A DNA stretch of 64,000 nt, taken from Syntrophales bacterium (lineage in GTDB: Bacteria > Desulfobacterota > Syntrophia > Syntrophales > UBA8958). How positions within the stretch are numbered: position 1 is the stretch's first letter; every line of letters begins with the position of its first letter. A program made the translations under genes and the position numbers. This document shows positions 1 to 7,928 of this stretch, one piece after another. The notes under the pieces were generated by a model. It saw nothing but the letters and a program-made list of their open reading frames with translations. It ran no database searches and was not told the origin of the DNA. The DNA is taken from assembly GCA_035358955.1 (NCBI GenBank), contig DAORXN010000003.1, positions 104,884-168,883 on the forward strand. The letters are read 5' to 3'.

Positions 1-82
1 CCGGTGATACGGGCATTACAAAAGATACACCTGTTTTTGCAACCTTTCTGATTGATAAAAATGGGTATGATGAGTGGCATGG

Positions 83-793
83 TTAAAATAGCTCATCCAG
101 GATATGCAGGGCTTTCCTTGCGGCGTCCTTTTCGGCTTCCTTTCTGCTTTTACCCTGCCCTTCGGAGACGAATTTGTCTTGAATCTTTAGATGAACAACA
201 TAGGTGCGGTCGTGATCGGGGCCGGATTCACTTACCGTCAAGTATTTCGGCGTGCACCTGAATCTGGCCTGGCACCATTCCTGGATAGAAGATTTGTAGT
301 CTTCAAAGAGGAGATCGTCTCTTTGCCCTTCGAGGGCAGGTTGGAAGCATCGGGCAACAAAATCGTAGGCGGCCTGGTATCCCCCGTCTAAGTAAATCGC
401 CGCAATCACCGCCTCCATTGTATTGGCAAGCAGGGATGTTTTCGTCCTGCCACCGGTCGTTTCTTCTCCTTTTCCCAGGAGGAGCGCATGGCCCAGATTG
501 AAATGAGTGGCCAGTCGCGCCAGGGCGAGTTCATTTACGCAGGCCGCCCTCTTGCGTGACAAGAGGCCTTCGGAATCTTCTGGAAACATACGCGTAAGCA
601 GGTCACTTATGATGAGGTTAAGGGCGGCATCCCCTAAGAATTCTAACCTTTCGTTGTCTACCCGGGGATCACCCCCTTTCCCGCCCGAGAAGGATCGATG
701 AGTCAAGGCCTGATCGAGGAGCTTGATATTTTCGAAAGCATAACCTAAGGCCTCTTCCACGGCGGAGAGGGCTTCTCTTCGTGCATCGTTCAT
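83..793 (-). CDS. rnc: Ribonuclease III
   Basis: 236-aa ORF with the RNase III signature ERLEFLGDAALNL and a C-terminal dsRNA-binding region. It overlaps the upstream mtaB stop by 4 nt. Confidence 0.9.
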   Translation of the reverse strand: MNDARREALSAVEEALGYAFENIKLLDQALTHRSFSGGKGGDPRVDNERLEFLGDAALNLIISDLLTRMFPEDSEGLLSRKRAACVNELALARLATHFNLGHALLLGKGEETTGGRTKTSLLANTMEAVIAAIYLDGGYQAAYDFVARCFQPALEGQRDDLLFEDYKSSIQEWCQARFRCTPKYLTVSESGPDHDRTYVVHLKIQDKFVSEGQGKSRKEAEKDAARKALHILDELF

Positions 794-2106
794 CGGCTTG
801 CCTCTGCCAGGATCATCCCCTCCTCTATCCGGATGGGCCTTACGGTCTGGATAGTATTGGCGTCCTTCTCTGTGAGATTTTCTACCACCACGGGTAGGTA
901 GTGTTTGGAGATCCCCTTAATCAATCCGGTCTTTTTATCCCTTCTCTGTTCCACGACGATTTCGATGGGCCGCTGAAAAAAGCAGGCCATAAATGCCCTT
1001 CTCTTCTTTTGGTCCAAAAGCCGAAGCGCCATTGCCCTCTTCCTTTTTTCTTCTTCCGGGACCTGATCGGGAAACGAGGCCGCTGGGGTGCCCGGTCTTC
1101 GCGAGTAAGGGAAGACGTGTAGGTAGGCGATCGGCAACTCCTCTAAAAGGGCATAGGTTTTGGCAAACGAGGCTTCGCTTTCGCCGGGGAATCCTACCAT
1201 CACGTCCATACCGATGGCGACATCGGGGCAGAGGGTTGTGATTTCGTTGATTAAGTGGCGGATGAATTTGGCACTGTAATTTCTGTTCATGCGCGCCAGC
1301 ACTTCATCGTCTCCGCTTTGAAGGGGAATATGCAAATGGGGACAGATTTTGTCACCGGCGGCCAGGAGCGAAATCAAGCGCTCGCTTATCTCTAAGGGTT
1401 CGATGGAACTGAGCCGGATGCGAGCCTCCCCGGGAAGCCGGGCTACTTGTAAGAGTAGCTCATCTAAGCTACATGGTGGATTTAGATCTCTCCCATAGGC
1501 CCCCAGATGGATCGCCGTCAAGGTTACTTCTCGGCTGCCGGTCTGGATAAGCAGGGATAACCTTTTAATGACTTCGGTCGGTGGAAGGCTTAAGACCGGG
1601 CCCCGGGCCAAGGGTACGATACAGTAAGAGCAGAAAGCATCACAACCATCCTCGATTTTCAAACTCGCCCGCGTTCGCCCGGGCAGTACCGCCGGGGGCG
1701 GGAAATTGTTGGTCCAAGTCTCTTCCTTCCCCTGAGCGTACATCTTACTTCCCATGACCCGCTCGACCAGGCTTTGCTTTTCTTTGTTTCCCACAATTTG
1801 CGTAACACCGGGTATCTTTGCGATGGCCGCGGCCTGGAGTTCCGCGTAACAACCCGTCACCACTACCTTCGCTGCCGGATTTTGTCTGATCGCCCGTCGG
1901 ATGAGTTGGCGTGACTGATAATCGGTCTTGGCCGTGACCGTGCAGGTATTTATGATGTAACAGTCCGCCTTGGCGGTAAACGGCACGTATGATAAGCCCG
2001 CCTTTTGCAAGGCATTGATGATGGCCGCCGATTCGTACTGATTAACCTTGCAACCCAGGGTGGCAACCGAGAATCGCCTCATATTTTTGCTATTTTCCCT
2101 CGCCAT
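790..2106 (-). CDS. mtaB: tRNA methylthiotransferase, MtaB/MiaB family (radical SAM)
   Basis: 438-aa ORF. It has an N-terminal MTTase domain (ATLGCKVNQYES), a radical-SAM CxxxCxxC motif (CDAFCSYC) and a TRAM-like C-terminus. Confidence 0.8.
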   Translation of the reverse strand: MARENSKNMRRFSVATLGCKVNQYESAAIINALQKAGLSYVPFTAKADCYIINTCTVTAKTDYQSRQLIRRAIRQNPAAKVVVTGCYAELQAAAIAKIPGVTQIVGNKEKQSLVERVMGSKMYAQGKEETWTNNFPPPAVLPGRTRASLKIEDGCDAFCSYCIVPLARGPVLSLPPTEVIKRLSLLIQTGSREVTLTAIHLGAYGRDLNPPCSLDELLLQVARLPGEARIRLSSIEPLEISERLISLLAAGDKICPHLHIPLQSGDDEVLARMNRNYSAKFIRHLINEITTLCPDVAIGMDVMVGFPGESEASFAKTYALLEELPIAYLHVFPYSRRPGTPAASFPDQVPEEEKRKRAMALRLLDQKKRRAFMACFFQRPIEIVVEQRRDKKTGLIKGISKHYLPVVVENLTEKDANTIQTVRPIRIEEGMILAEASR

Positions 2107-2232
2107 ACGTGAAACCTCGCGCCATTTAACTATCCTAAACGGTACTTGTCAAGACGGCATAATTTTTGACACGGGTTTGGCAAAGGTCTTATTTTGTGGT
2201 AAACTATTATATCACCTTGCGTCAGGGGAAAG

Positions 2233-2589
2233 ATGGAATCTATTTTCGAGTTTATCCACACCCATCAGGCCGCCGTCATCGCCGTGGTTATTTTAGCCCT
2301 GATCGTGGTCTATTTTCTCATTAAAAACCTCGTTAAGCTGGCGATGGTCGCCATCTTGATTCTCGTTCTCGTGGGTACGTACTTTTTCCTTACCGCGCCG
2401 AAGAAGTCTCCTTCCGATCTGATCCGGGCCTGGCAGAAAATGAAGGGCGAAACGGTGACCGTCGTGGAAAAGGGGAAGGCGGCGGTAAAAACGGGGCAGG
2501 AAGTATTGAAAAAGGGGCAGGAAATATCCCAGGGGGTGGTAGATAAGTTGAAAAAGGGGGAGGCGGAAAAGGGGGCTAAAAAAGATTGA
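2233..2589 (+). CDS. Small membrane protein with a Lys-rich C-terminal tail (hypothetical)
   Basis: 118-aa ORF with two predicted TM helices followed by a charged KKG-rich tail. An AGGGGAAAG RBS-like sequence precedes the ATG. Confidence 0.5.
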   Translation: MESIFEFIHTHQAAVIAVVILALIVVYFLIKNLVKLAMVAILILVLVGTYFFLTAPKKSPSDLIRAWQKMKGETVTVVEKGKAAVKTGQEVLKKGQEISQGVVDKLKKGEAEKGAKKD

Positions 2590-2995
2590 CCTCCATGGCC
2601 CGGACGGGACAGGCCGTGACGCACACTTCGCAGCCGTTACAGCGCTCAACGTTGAAAGATACTTTCATGGTTTCCTTGTCGATGGAGAGGGCTCCCGTGG
2701 GACAGAAGGCGGTGCAGGCCCCGCAGTGGACGCAGCGGTCCGTATTCTGGGTAACATTTTTCGATAAGGGCTCCACCCGTAGGCCCTTTTCCTTCAGATA
2801 TCTAATGCCCTGATCGAAATTTTCTTTGCCTCCGCTCAGTTCAAGAACGATTACCCCGTCTCTCTTGGGCAGAATGCGGGCCTTCAAGATATTGACGACG
2901 AGGTCGTATTTTTTTACCAGTTCGTAGATGACGGGTTGATCTACGTTTTCGGCGGCGTAATGGATAACTATCTTTTTGGCAACTGGGTTTTCCAT
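2576..2995 (-). CDS. NIL-domain / 2x[4Fe-4S] ferredoxin fusion protein
   Basis: NIL-like segment (VIYELVKKYDLVVNILKARI...VIVLELSG) followed by two CxxCxxCxxxCP clusters (CVHCGACTAFCP, CNGCEVCVTACP). I prefer the internal ATG at 2995, because the ORF-track start at 3142 would collide with the divergent gene at 3123. Confidence 0.75.
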   Translation of the reverse strand: MENPVAKKIVIHYAAENVDQPVIYELVKKYDLVVNILKARILPKRDGVIVLELSGGKENFDQGIRYLKEKGLRVEPLSKNVTQNTDRCVHCGACTAFCPTGALSIDKETMKVSFNVERCNGCEVCVTACPVRAMEVNLF

Positions 2996-3122
2996 GGCAA
3001 TGACCTTAAATGCATCATACGTCTCATGGTAAAGAAAGTCAACTTTGGGATTGAATTGAAGGGTCGTTTTTGCCCTTTTCTCAGCGGTTATGATGGGATA
3101 AATAAAATAGGAGGCACCCTTG

Positions 3123-3386
3123 ATGGAACGGGGGAAGATCATCTGCGAGTTACTGGCCTTTCATAAGAAATGTTTTGACAACCATATGCGCACCATCACG
3201 GTCCTTTTGGAGCAAACAGAGAAGATGATGGAGCTTTTCTTGCAGGAGACGCCTAACCTCTCAGAAGAGGAAAGGAAGGCCGTCTCCGAATGGATCGCCG
3301 TGTGCCGAAAGGGGCGAAAGGAATTGGTCGAGAAGGCAACCGAAAGCTATAAAAAGGTAAAGGATGCTTTCCTTGCACCCAAGTGA
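3123..3386 (+). CDS. Small helical hypothetical protein
   Basis: 87-aa ORF with a TAGGAGG RBS 8 nt upstream of the ATG at 3123. I recognise no family. Confidence 0.4.
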   Translation: MERGKIICELLAFHKKCFDNHMRTITVLLEQTEKMMELFLQETPNLSEEERKAVSEWIAVCRKGRKELVEKATESYKKVKDAFLAPK

Positions 3387-3505
3387 AATCAGGCATGAGG
3401 CGTTTTAAAACGGGGACGGAAATTGTAAAGCCAACAAAACATCTCATTGAGCCGGCCCTTTTTTTGTGTTACATCACTTTCACCTAACTTTCAGGGGGTA
3501 CTTCT

Positions 3506-4591
3506 ATGGAAATAGCATGCGAGCTCATTTCGCCGGAAAAGAGAAAGCCCAAGTATACAGATGAAGGAAAATTGGGATTTGGGCAGATCTTTACCGATCA
3601 CATGTTTACGCTTCAATATCATCGCGATCGGGGTTGGTATGAGCCCAAAATCGGGCCGTATCGTCCTTTCGTATTGGATCCCGCTACGATCTGCCTCCAC
3701 TATGCCCAGATGATCTTTGAGGGATTAAAGGCTTACCACGGCCCAGGAGGCGAAATTTATCTCTTTCGCCCCGGGGAAAATGCGAAACGGATGAACCGAT
3801 CTGCCGAAAGGATGTGCATGCCCCCACTGGATGAAGAACTTTTTTTGAAGGCTGTCAAAGCCCTCGTTTGGGTAGACCGGGCATGGCTTCCCAAGGGCAA
3901 AGGTACTTCCCTGTACATAAGACCCACGATGATTGCCACCGAGAAGGCGTTGGGCGTTCATGTTTCCTCGGAATACCTTTTCTTCATTATCCTCTCCGCC
4001 GTAGGGGCCTACTATGCCGAGGGTTTTAACCCCACCAAGATTTACGTCATTGAAGAGTATACTCGTACGGCCCCGGGCGGGATCGGGCATATAAAAGCGG
4101 CCGGTAATTATGCGGCCAGCCTTTACGCCAGTTCCATCGCCGCGAAGAAGGGTTACACTCAGGTGCTTTGGTTGGATGCGGTTCATAGGCGGTTTGTGGA
4201 AGAAGTGGGGACGAGTAATATCTTTTTCCTGATCGATGATGAGTTGATCACCCCACCCCTGACGGGGACCATTTTGCCCGGCATCACCCGCGATTCCGTT
4301 ATCACCTTGGCAAAGCACTGGCAGATAAAGGTCGTTGAGCGCCCCATGGCCATGGACGAAGTCGTAGCGTCCTATAAAAGCGGCCGGTTGAGGGAGGTCT
4401 TTGCCTCCGGTACGGCCGCCGTGATATCTCCCGTCGGCGTTCTCTATTACCGGGGGGAGGAAATGGTCATTAATGAGGGGAAGACGGGTCCCTTGACCCA
4501 GAAACTCTACGATGAACTCATGGGTATCCAGTATGGAGAGAAGGAAGACCCCTTCGGTTGGCGGGTCCGGGTGGATAATGAAAGGCTGTAA
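3506..4591 (+). CDS. ilvE: Branched-chain amino acid aminotransferase (class IV, long form)
   Basis: 361-aa ORF with BCAT-like N-terminus (GFGQIFTDHMF) and conserved FEGLKAY and GNYAASL segments. Confidence 0.9.
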   Translation: MEIACELISPEKRKPKYTDEGKLGFGQIFTDHMFTLQYHRDRGWYEPKIGPYRPFVLDPATICLHYAQMIFEGLKAYHGPGGEIYLFRPGENAKRMNRSAERMCMPPLDEELFLKAVKALVWVDRAWLPKGKGTSLYIRPTMIATEKALGVHVSSEYLFFIILSAVGAYYAEGFNPTKIYVIEEYTRTAPGGIGHIKAAGNYAASLYASSIAAKKGYTQVLWLDAVHRRFVEEVGTSNIFFLIDDELITPPLTGTILPGITRDSVITLAKHWQIKVVERPMAMDEVVASYKSGRLREVFASGTAAVISPVGVLYYRGEEMVINEGKTGPLTQKLYDELMGIQYGEKEDPFGWRVRVDNERL

Positions 4592-4633
4592 GCCTACTTG
4601 GCCGGGGAATTCACAGTCTTGTGGAAAAACATG

Positions 4634-4662
4634 TTGACAGGTATGTGGATAGCTTCTATAAG
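4634..4662 (+). promoter_or_regulatory. Sigma70-like promoter TTGACA-N17-TATAAG upstream of the lolA-like gene
   Basis: TTGACA at 4634-4639, a 17-nt spacer, and TATAAG at 4657-4662. A perfect 8-bp inverted repeat ATTGAGCA/TGCTCAAT follows at 4701-4723. Confidence 0.4.
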
Positions 4663-4803
4663 GTGCGAAATATCACGTGAAAGGAACGGTTTGCACAAGA
4701 ATTGAGCACGATGTTTGCTCAATGATATTAAATAGTTGCAATTTTTCAAGGGATAGAGGGGGTTGGGTGTTTCTGCTTCTTAAGTTTATTAACAGGTAAT
4801 GTT

Positions 4804-5499
4804 ATGGCACGGTTCTTGTGGAAGTCTCGTTCCTCCCCCGGTACAGATCAGGTAAGGAAGAAATTCCTTTTTGTCTTCATATGTTCCATTGTAATCTTGG
4901 TCGTTTTTGCCCGCTCCGGGTGGTCACTTACTGCCGAGGAAGTGGTGAAGCGAATTCAAGCGGTCTATGATGGGATGGATACCTTTCGGGCGACTTTTGT
5001 TCAGGAGACGCAGATACGTGCCGCCAAGAAGGTCATCCGGGAAGAAGGCAAGGTCTATTTCCGGCGCCCCGGTTTGATGCGATGGGATTATCGTGTCCCC
5101 AAGGAAAAACAGCTTTACCTCTCGCCCAAGAAAAATTGGCTTTATCTCCCCTCGGATAAGGTGGCATACGTGAAAGAGGGGGAAGGGGTAGCCTCAAATA
5201 CGGTCGCCCGCTTCATCATGGGGGCGGGTCGCATCGAGGAGGATTTTTTCGTCGAGATGGAGGGGAGTGCAGGGGAAATCAGGTTGACGATGAAGCCGAA
5301 AGAGCCGTCTCTAACGGTAAAGGCGCTGAAAGTAACCGTGAGCCCGTCATCATTTTTTGTCACCTCCTGCCGGTATTCAGACGATTACGGAAATGAAGTT
5401 TTCATCAAATTCAGGGATATCGAACTTAACGTCCCTTTGAATCAAAGGCTCTTTCTTTTTTCTCCCCCCCAGGGAGTAGCGGTACTGCCCATGCAGTAA
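4804..5499 (+). CDS. LolA-like outer-membrane lipoprotein carrier protein
   Basis: 231-aa ORF with an N-terminal signal/TM segment and a LolA-type pattern (FRATFVQET...GKVYFRRPGLMRWDY). Confidence 0.7.
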   Translation: MARFLWKSRSSPGTDQVRKKFLFVFICSIVILVVFARSGWSLTAEEVVKRIQAVYDGMDTFRATFVQETQIRAAKKVIREEGKVYFRRPGLMRWDYRVPKEKQLYLSPKKNWLYLPSDKVAYVKEGEGVASNTVARFIMGAGRIEEDFFVEMEGSAGEIRLTMKPKEPSLTVKALKVTVSPSSFFVTSCRYSDDYGNEVFIKFRDIELNVPLNQRLFLFSPPQGVAVLPMQ

Positions 5500-5541
5500 A
5501 GAGGGAGCCCCTTGGGGCTTCCCGAGGAGGAGGTCACAGAT

Positions 5542-6726
5542 ATGCGGGTACTCATGTTTGGGTGGGAATTTCCGCCTTATATCAGCGGAGGTTTAGGTAC
5601 GGCATGTTTGGGCCTGACCCAGGCTTTGAGCCGCCTAGGTGTGCAGATCATCTTTGTCTTGCCTCACATCAAAGGGGAGATCTCTGCCTCCCACGTGGAA
5701 ATAAGGTCGGCTTCTTCTGCGCTGGGTCCGGGAAAGAAGTTTACCCGCCTTTACGCGTATCCACCTGCGGCGGGGTATCATAACGGGGAAAAGGCCTTCA
5801 CGGGGGAATACACGGCCGATATGCTCAGGGAAGTTGAGTCTTACGGTATTGCCGCAGGGATCATAGCTTCCCAGGAGAGGTTTCATGTTATCCATGCCCA
5901 TGATTGGATGACCGTTTACGCGGGCCTTGCGGCCCGTAAGGCAAGCGGCCGACCTTTCATTTACCACGTCCATTCCCTCGAATTCGATCGGAGTGGGGAT
6001 AACGTAAATCGGGAAATCTTTGAGATTGAAAGATTGGGGTTGTGGGAGGCAGATCATGTGATCAGCGTGAGCAACTATACCAAATCGATGATCATCCGCC
6101 GCTACGGCCTTGACCCGCAAAAGGTAACGGTGGTTCACAATGCCGTCTCTCGCAAAGAAGGGATGACATATGCGCGGATGCCCAAAAATCCCCACGAGAA
6201 GATAGTGCTCTTTTTGGGCCGGATTACCTTTCAGAAGGGGCCGGATTATTTTGTCGAAGCGGCGGCGAGGGTCATAAGAGCAATGCCGGAAGTGCGATTC
6301 GTCATGGTGGGTACGGGTGACATGATGCCCGCCATGGTGGAGCGCGTGGCGAGCCTGGGGCTGGGGAGTCATTTTCATTTTACCGGTTTTCTCCAGGGAG
6401 CAGAGGTGGACAGCATGTACGCCCTAAGCGATCTATACGTCATGCCCAGTGTATCCGAGCCTTTCGGCATCACCCCCTTGGAAGCCATGCTCTACGATGT
6501 ACCGGTCATCATCTCCCGACAGTCGGGGGTCTCGGAAGTGGTGAGGCACGCCTTGAAGGTGGATTTCTGGGATGTGGAAGAATTGGCCAATATGATGGTA
6601 AGCGCCCTCAAGCATCCTGCTTTGGTAAGGGAGCTTACGGAGAAATCTCAGGAAGACTTGAAAAATATTCATTGGGATCGGGCAGCGGAAAAAGTCGTTC
6701 GCCTATACCAAGACCTTTGTTCATAA
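5542..6726 (+). CDS. Glycosyltransferase family 4 (alpha-glucan/glycogen synthase-like)
   Basis: N-terminus MRVLMFGWEFPPYISGGLGTAC and a C-terminal GT-B EX7E region (SEPFGITPLEAM). A GAGGAGGAGG RBS lies upstream of the ATG at 5542. Confidence 0.8.
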   Translation: MRVLMFGWEFPPYISGGLGTACLGLTQALSRLGVQIIFVLPHIKGEISASHVEIRSASSALGPGKKFTRLYAYPPAAGYHNGEKAFTGEYTADMLREVESYGIAAGIIASQERFHVIHAHDWMTVYAGLAARKASGRPFIYHVHSLEFDRSGDNVNREIFEIERLGLWEADHVISVSNYTKSMIIRRYGLDPQKVTVVHNAVSRKEGMTYARMPKNPHEKIVLFLGRITFQKGPDYFVEAAARVIRAMPEVRFVMVGTGDMMPAMVERVASLGLGSHFHFTGFLQGAEVDSMYALSDLYVMPSVSEPFGITPLEAMLYDVPVIISRQSGVSEVVRHALKVDFWDVEELANMMVSALKHPALVRELTEKSQEDLKNIHWDRAAEKVVRLYQDLCS

Positions 6727-6737
6727 GGAGGGGCAAA

Positions 6738-7928
6738 ATGCCGGCCGTTTGTATTTACTTTCAAGTTCATCAACCCCTGCGTCATCGCCGATTTTCCGTC
6801 TTTGATATCGGCAAGGGTCTTCCTTACGAGGATGAGGAAATGAACAGGCAGATACTGGAGAAGGTGGCGGATAAATGTTACCTCCCCGCCAATCTTTTGC
6901 TACGGGAACTTATCGAAAAGTATGAGGGAAAGTTTCGCCTATCCTTTTCCCTTTCCGGTATAATTCTCGAGCAGTTGCAAAGATACCGTCCTGAGGTGCT
7001 GGATAGCTTCGTCAATTTGGCGCAAACGGGCGCGGTGGAATTTTTAGGTGAAACATACTACCACTCCTTGGCGAGCCTCTTTTCCCTGCCGGAATTTCGC
7101 GCGCAGGTTAAGCTTCATCAGGCCGCAATGGAGAAACATTTTAAGTTCACTCCCCGTGTTTTCCGCAATACCGAGCTCATATATTCCGATGCCCTGGCCG
7201 AGGAAGTAGAGAAGATGGGGTATCAAGCCATGCTGGCCGAAGGCGCGGATCGTATCTTAGGTTGGCGCTCCCCGAATTTTGTTTATCAATCTGCCCGGGG
7301 AAGTTTGCGCATACTCCTGAGAAACTACCGTTTGTCCGATGATGTAGCCTTCCGCTTTTCAGACCGTTCCTGGTCTGAGTATCCTCTCATGGCCGACAAA
7401 TTCGCCCGTTGGATAAAAGAGGCGGCAGCAGGATGTCAGATCATCAATCTCTTTATGGATTACGAGACCTTTGGCGAACATCAGTGGGCGGATACAGGGA
7501 TCTTCGAGTTCCTGCGGGCCCTGCCGGAAGAGATCCTGAAACTTTCCGATTTAAACTTCCTCACGCCGTCCGAGGTGATAGACGTTTATGAACCGGTAGG
7601 TTCGCTAAACGTGCCGGAGCCCATGTCCTGGGCCGATGTGGAAAGGGATTTGACAGCTTGGATAGGTAATCATCTCCAGAACGATGCCATCAAGACCCTC
7701 TACGGCTTGGAAAAAGTGGTGCAACAGGCGAAAGATGACGGCCTCCTGGAAGCCTGGAGAAAGCTTCAAACCTCGGACTATTTTTACTACATGTGTACGA
7801 AATGGTTTGCCGATGGGGATGTCCATAAGTACTTCAATCCGTATCCATCCCCTTATGAGGCTTACATTAATTACATGAATATCATCGATGATTTTACCCG
7901 ACGGGTAGGGGGAGGGAAAGAGGCATGA
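6738..7928 (+). CDS. Glycoside hydrolase family 57 protein (alpha-amylase-like)
   Basis: GH57-type N-terminus (CIYFQVHQPLR) and a later MDYETFGEH segment. An AAGGAGGGG RBS precedes the ATG at 6738. Confidence 0.8.
   Translation: MPAVCIYFQVHQPLRHRRFSVFDIGKGLPYEDEEMNRQILEKVADKCYLPANLLLRELIEKYEGKFRLSFSLSGIILEQLQRYRPEVLDSFVNLAQTGAVEFLGETYYHSLASLFSLPEFRAQVKLHQAAMEKHFKFTPRVFRNTELIYSDALAEEVEKMGYQAMLAEGADRILGWRSPNFVYQSARGSLRILLRNYRLSDDVAFRFSDRSWSEYPLMADKFARWIKEAAAGCQIINLFMDYETFGEHQWADTGIFEFLRALPEEILKLSDLNFLTPSEVIDVYEPVGSLNVPEPMSWADVERDLTAWIGNHLQNDAIKTLYGLEKVVQQAKDDGLLEAWRKLQTSDYFYYMCTKWFADGDVHKYFNPYPSPYEAYINYMNIIDDFTRRVGGGKEA

Noticed and set aside
2996-3142. N-terminal extensions suggested by the ORF track. 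These are 2576-3142, 6672, 16834-18453, 20889, 26763, 28263, 28738, 29976, 37424, 38169, 43070, 44596, 46055, 51288, 58603 and 61756.
   Set aside because: In each case an internal start has a better RBS and avoids overlap with the neighbouring gene, promoter or terminator. The internal start also gives the N-terminus typical of the family. The longer forms are longest-ORF artefacts, although the exact starts remain unverified.
3401-3412. The 12-nt perfect palindrome CGTTTTAAAACG upstream of ilvE, and the 9-bp inverted repeat GAGCGAAGG/CCTTCGCTC (12200-12242) between convergent genes.
   Set aside because: Both are short, occur once, and have no supporting context. The first has no loop, and the second has a 25-nt loop and no U tract. 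They are too weak to call as a regulatory site or terminator.
4681-4700. A possible sigma-54 (-24/-12) element, GGAACGGTTTGCA, upstream of the lolA-like gene.
   Set aside because: The spacing between the GG and GC dinucleotides is 8 nt rather than the required 10. The flanking bases do not match TGGCAC-N5-TTGC.
5635-6378. Long antisense ORFs opposite confidently assigned genes. Examples are 5635-6378, 16475-17002, 32764-33324, 38106-38624, 38822-39607, 42956-43594 and 46640-47149.
   Set aside because: Each lies entirely inside a gene on the other strand that has clear family motifs. Their translations are Arg/Pro/Gly-rich and low in complexity, with no recognisable motifs, RBS or start context. 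This is typical of spurious open frames in moderately GC-rich coding DNA.
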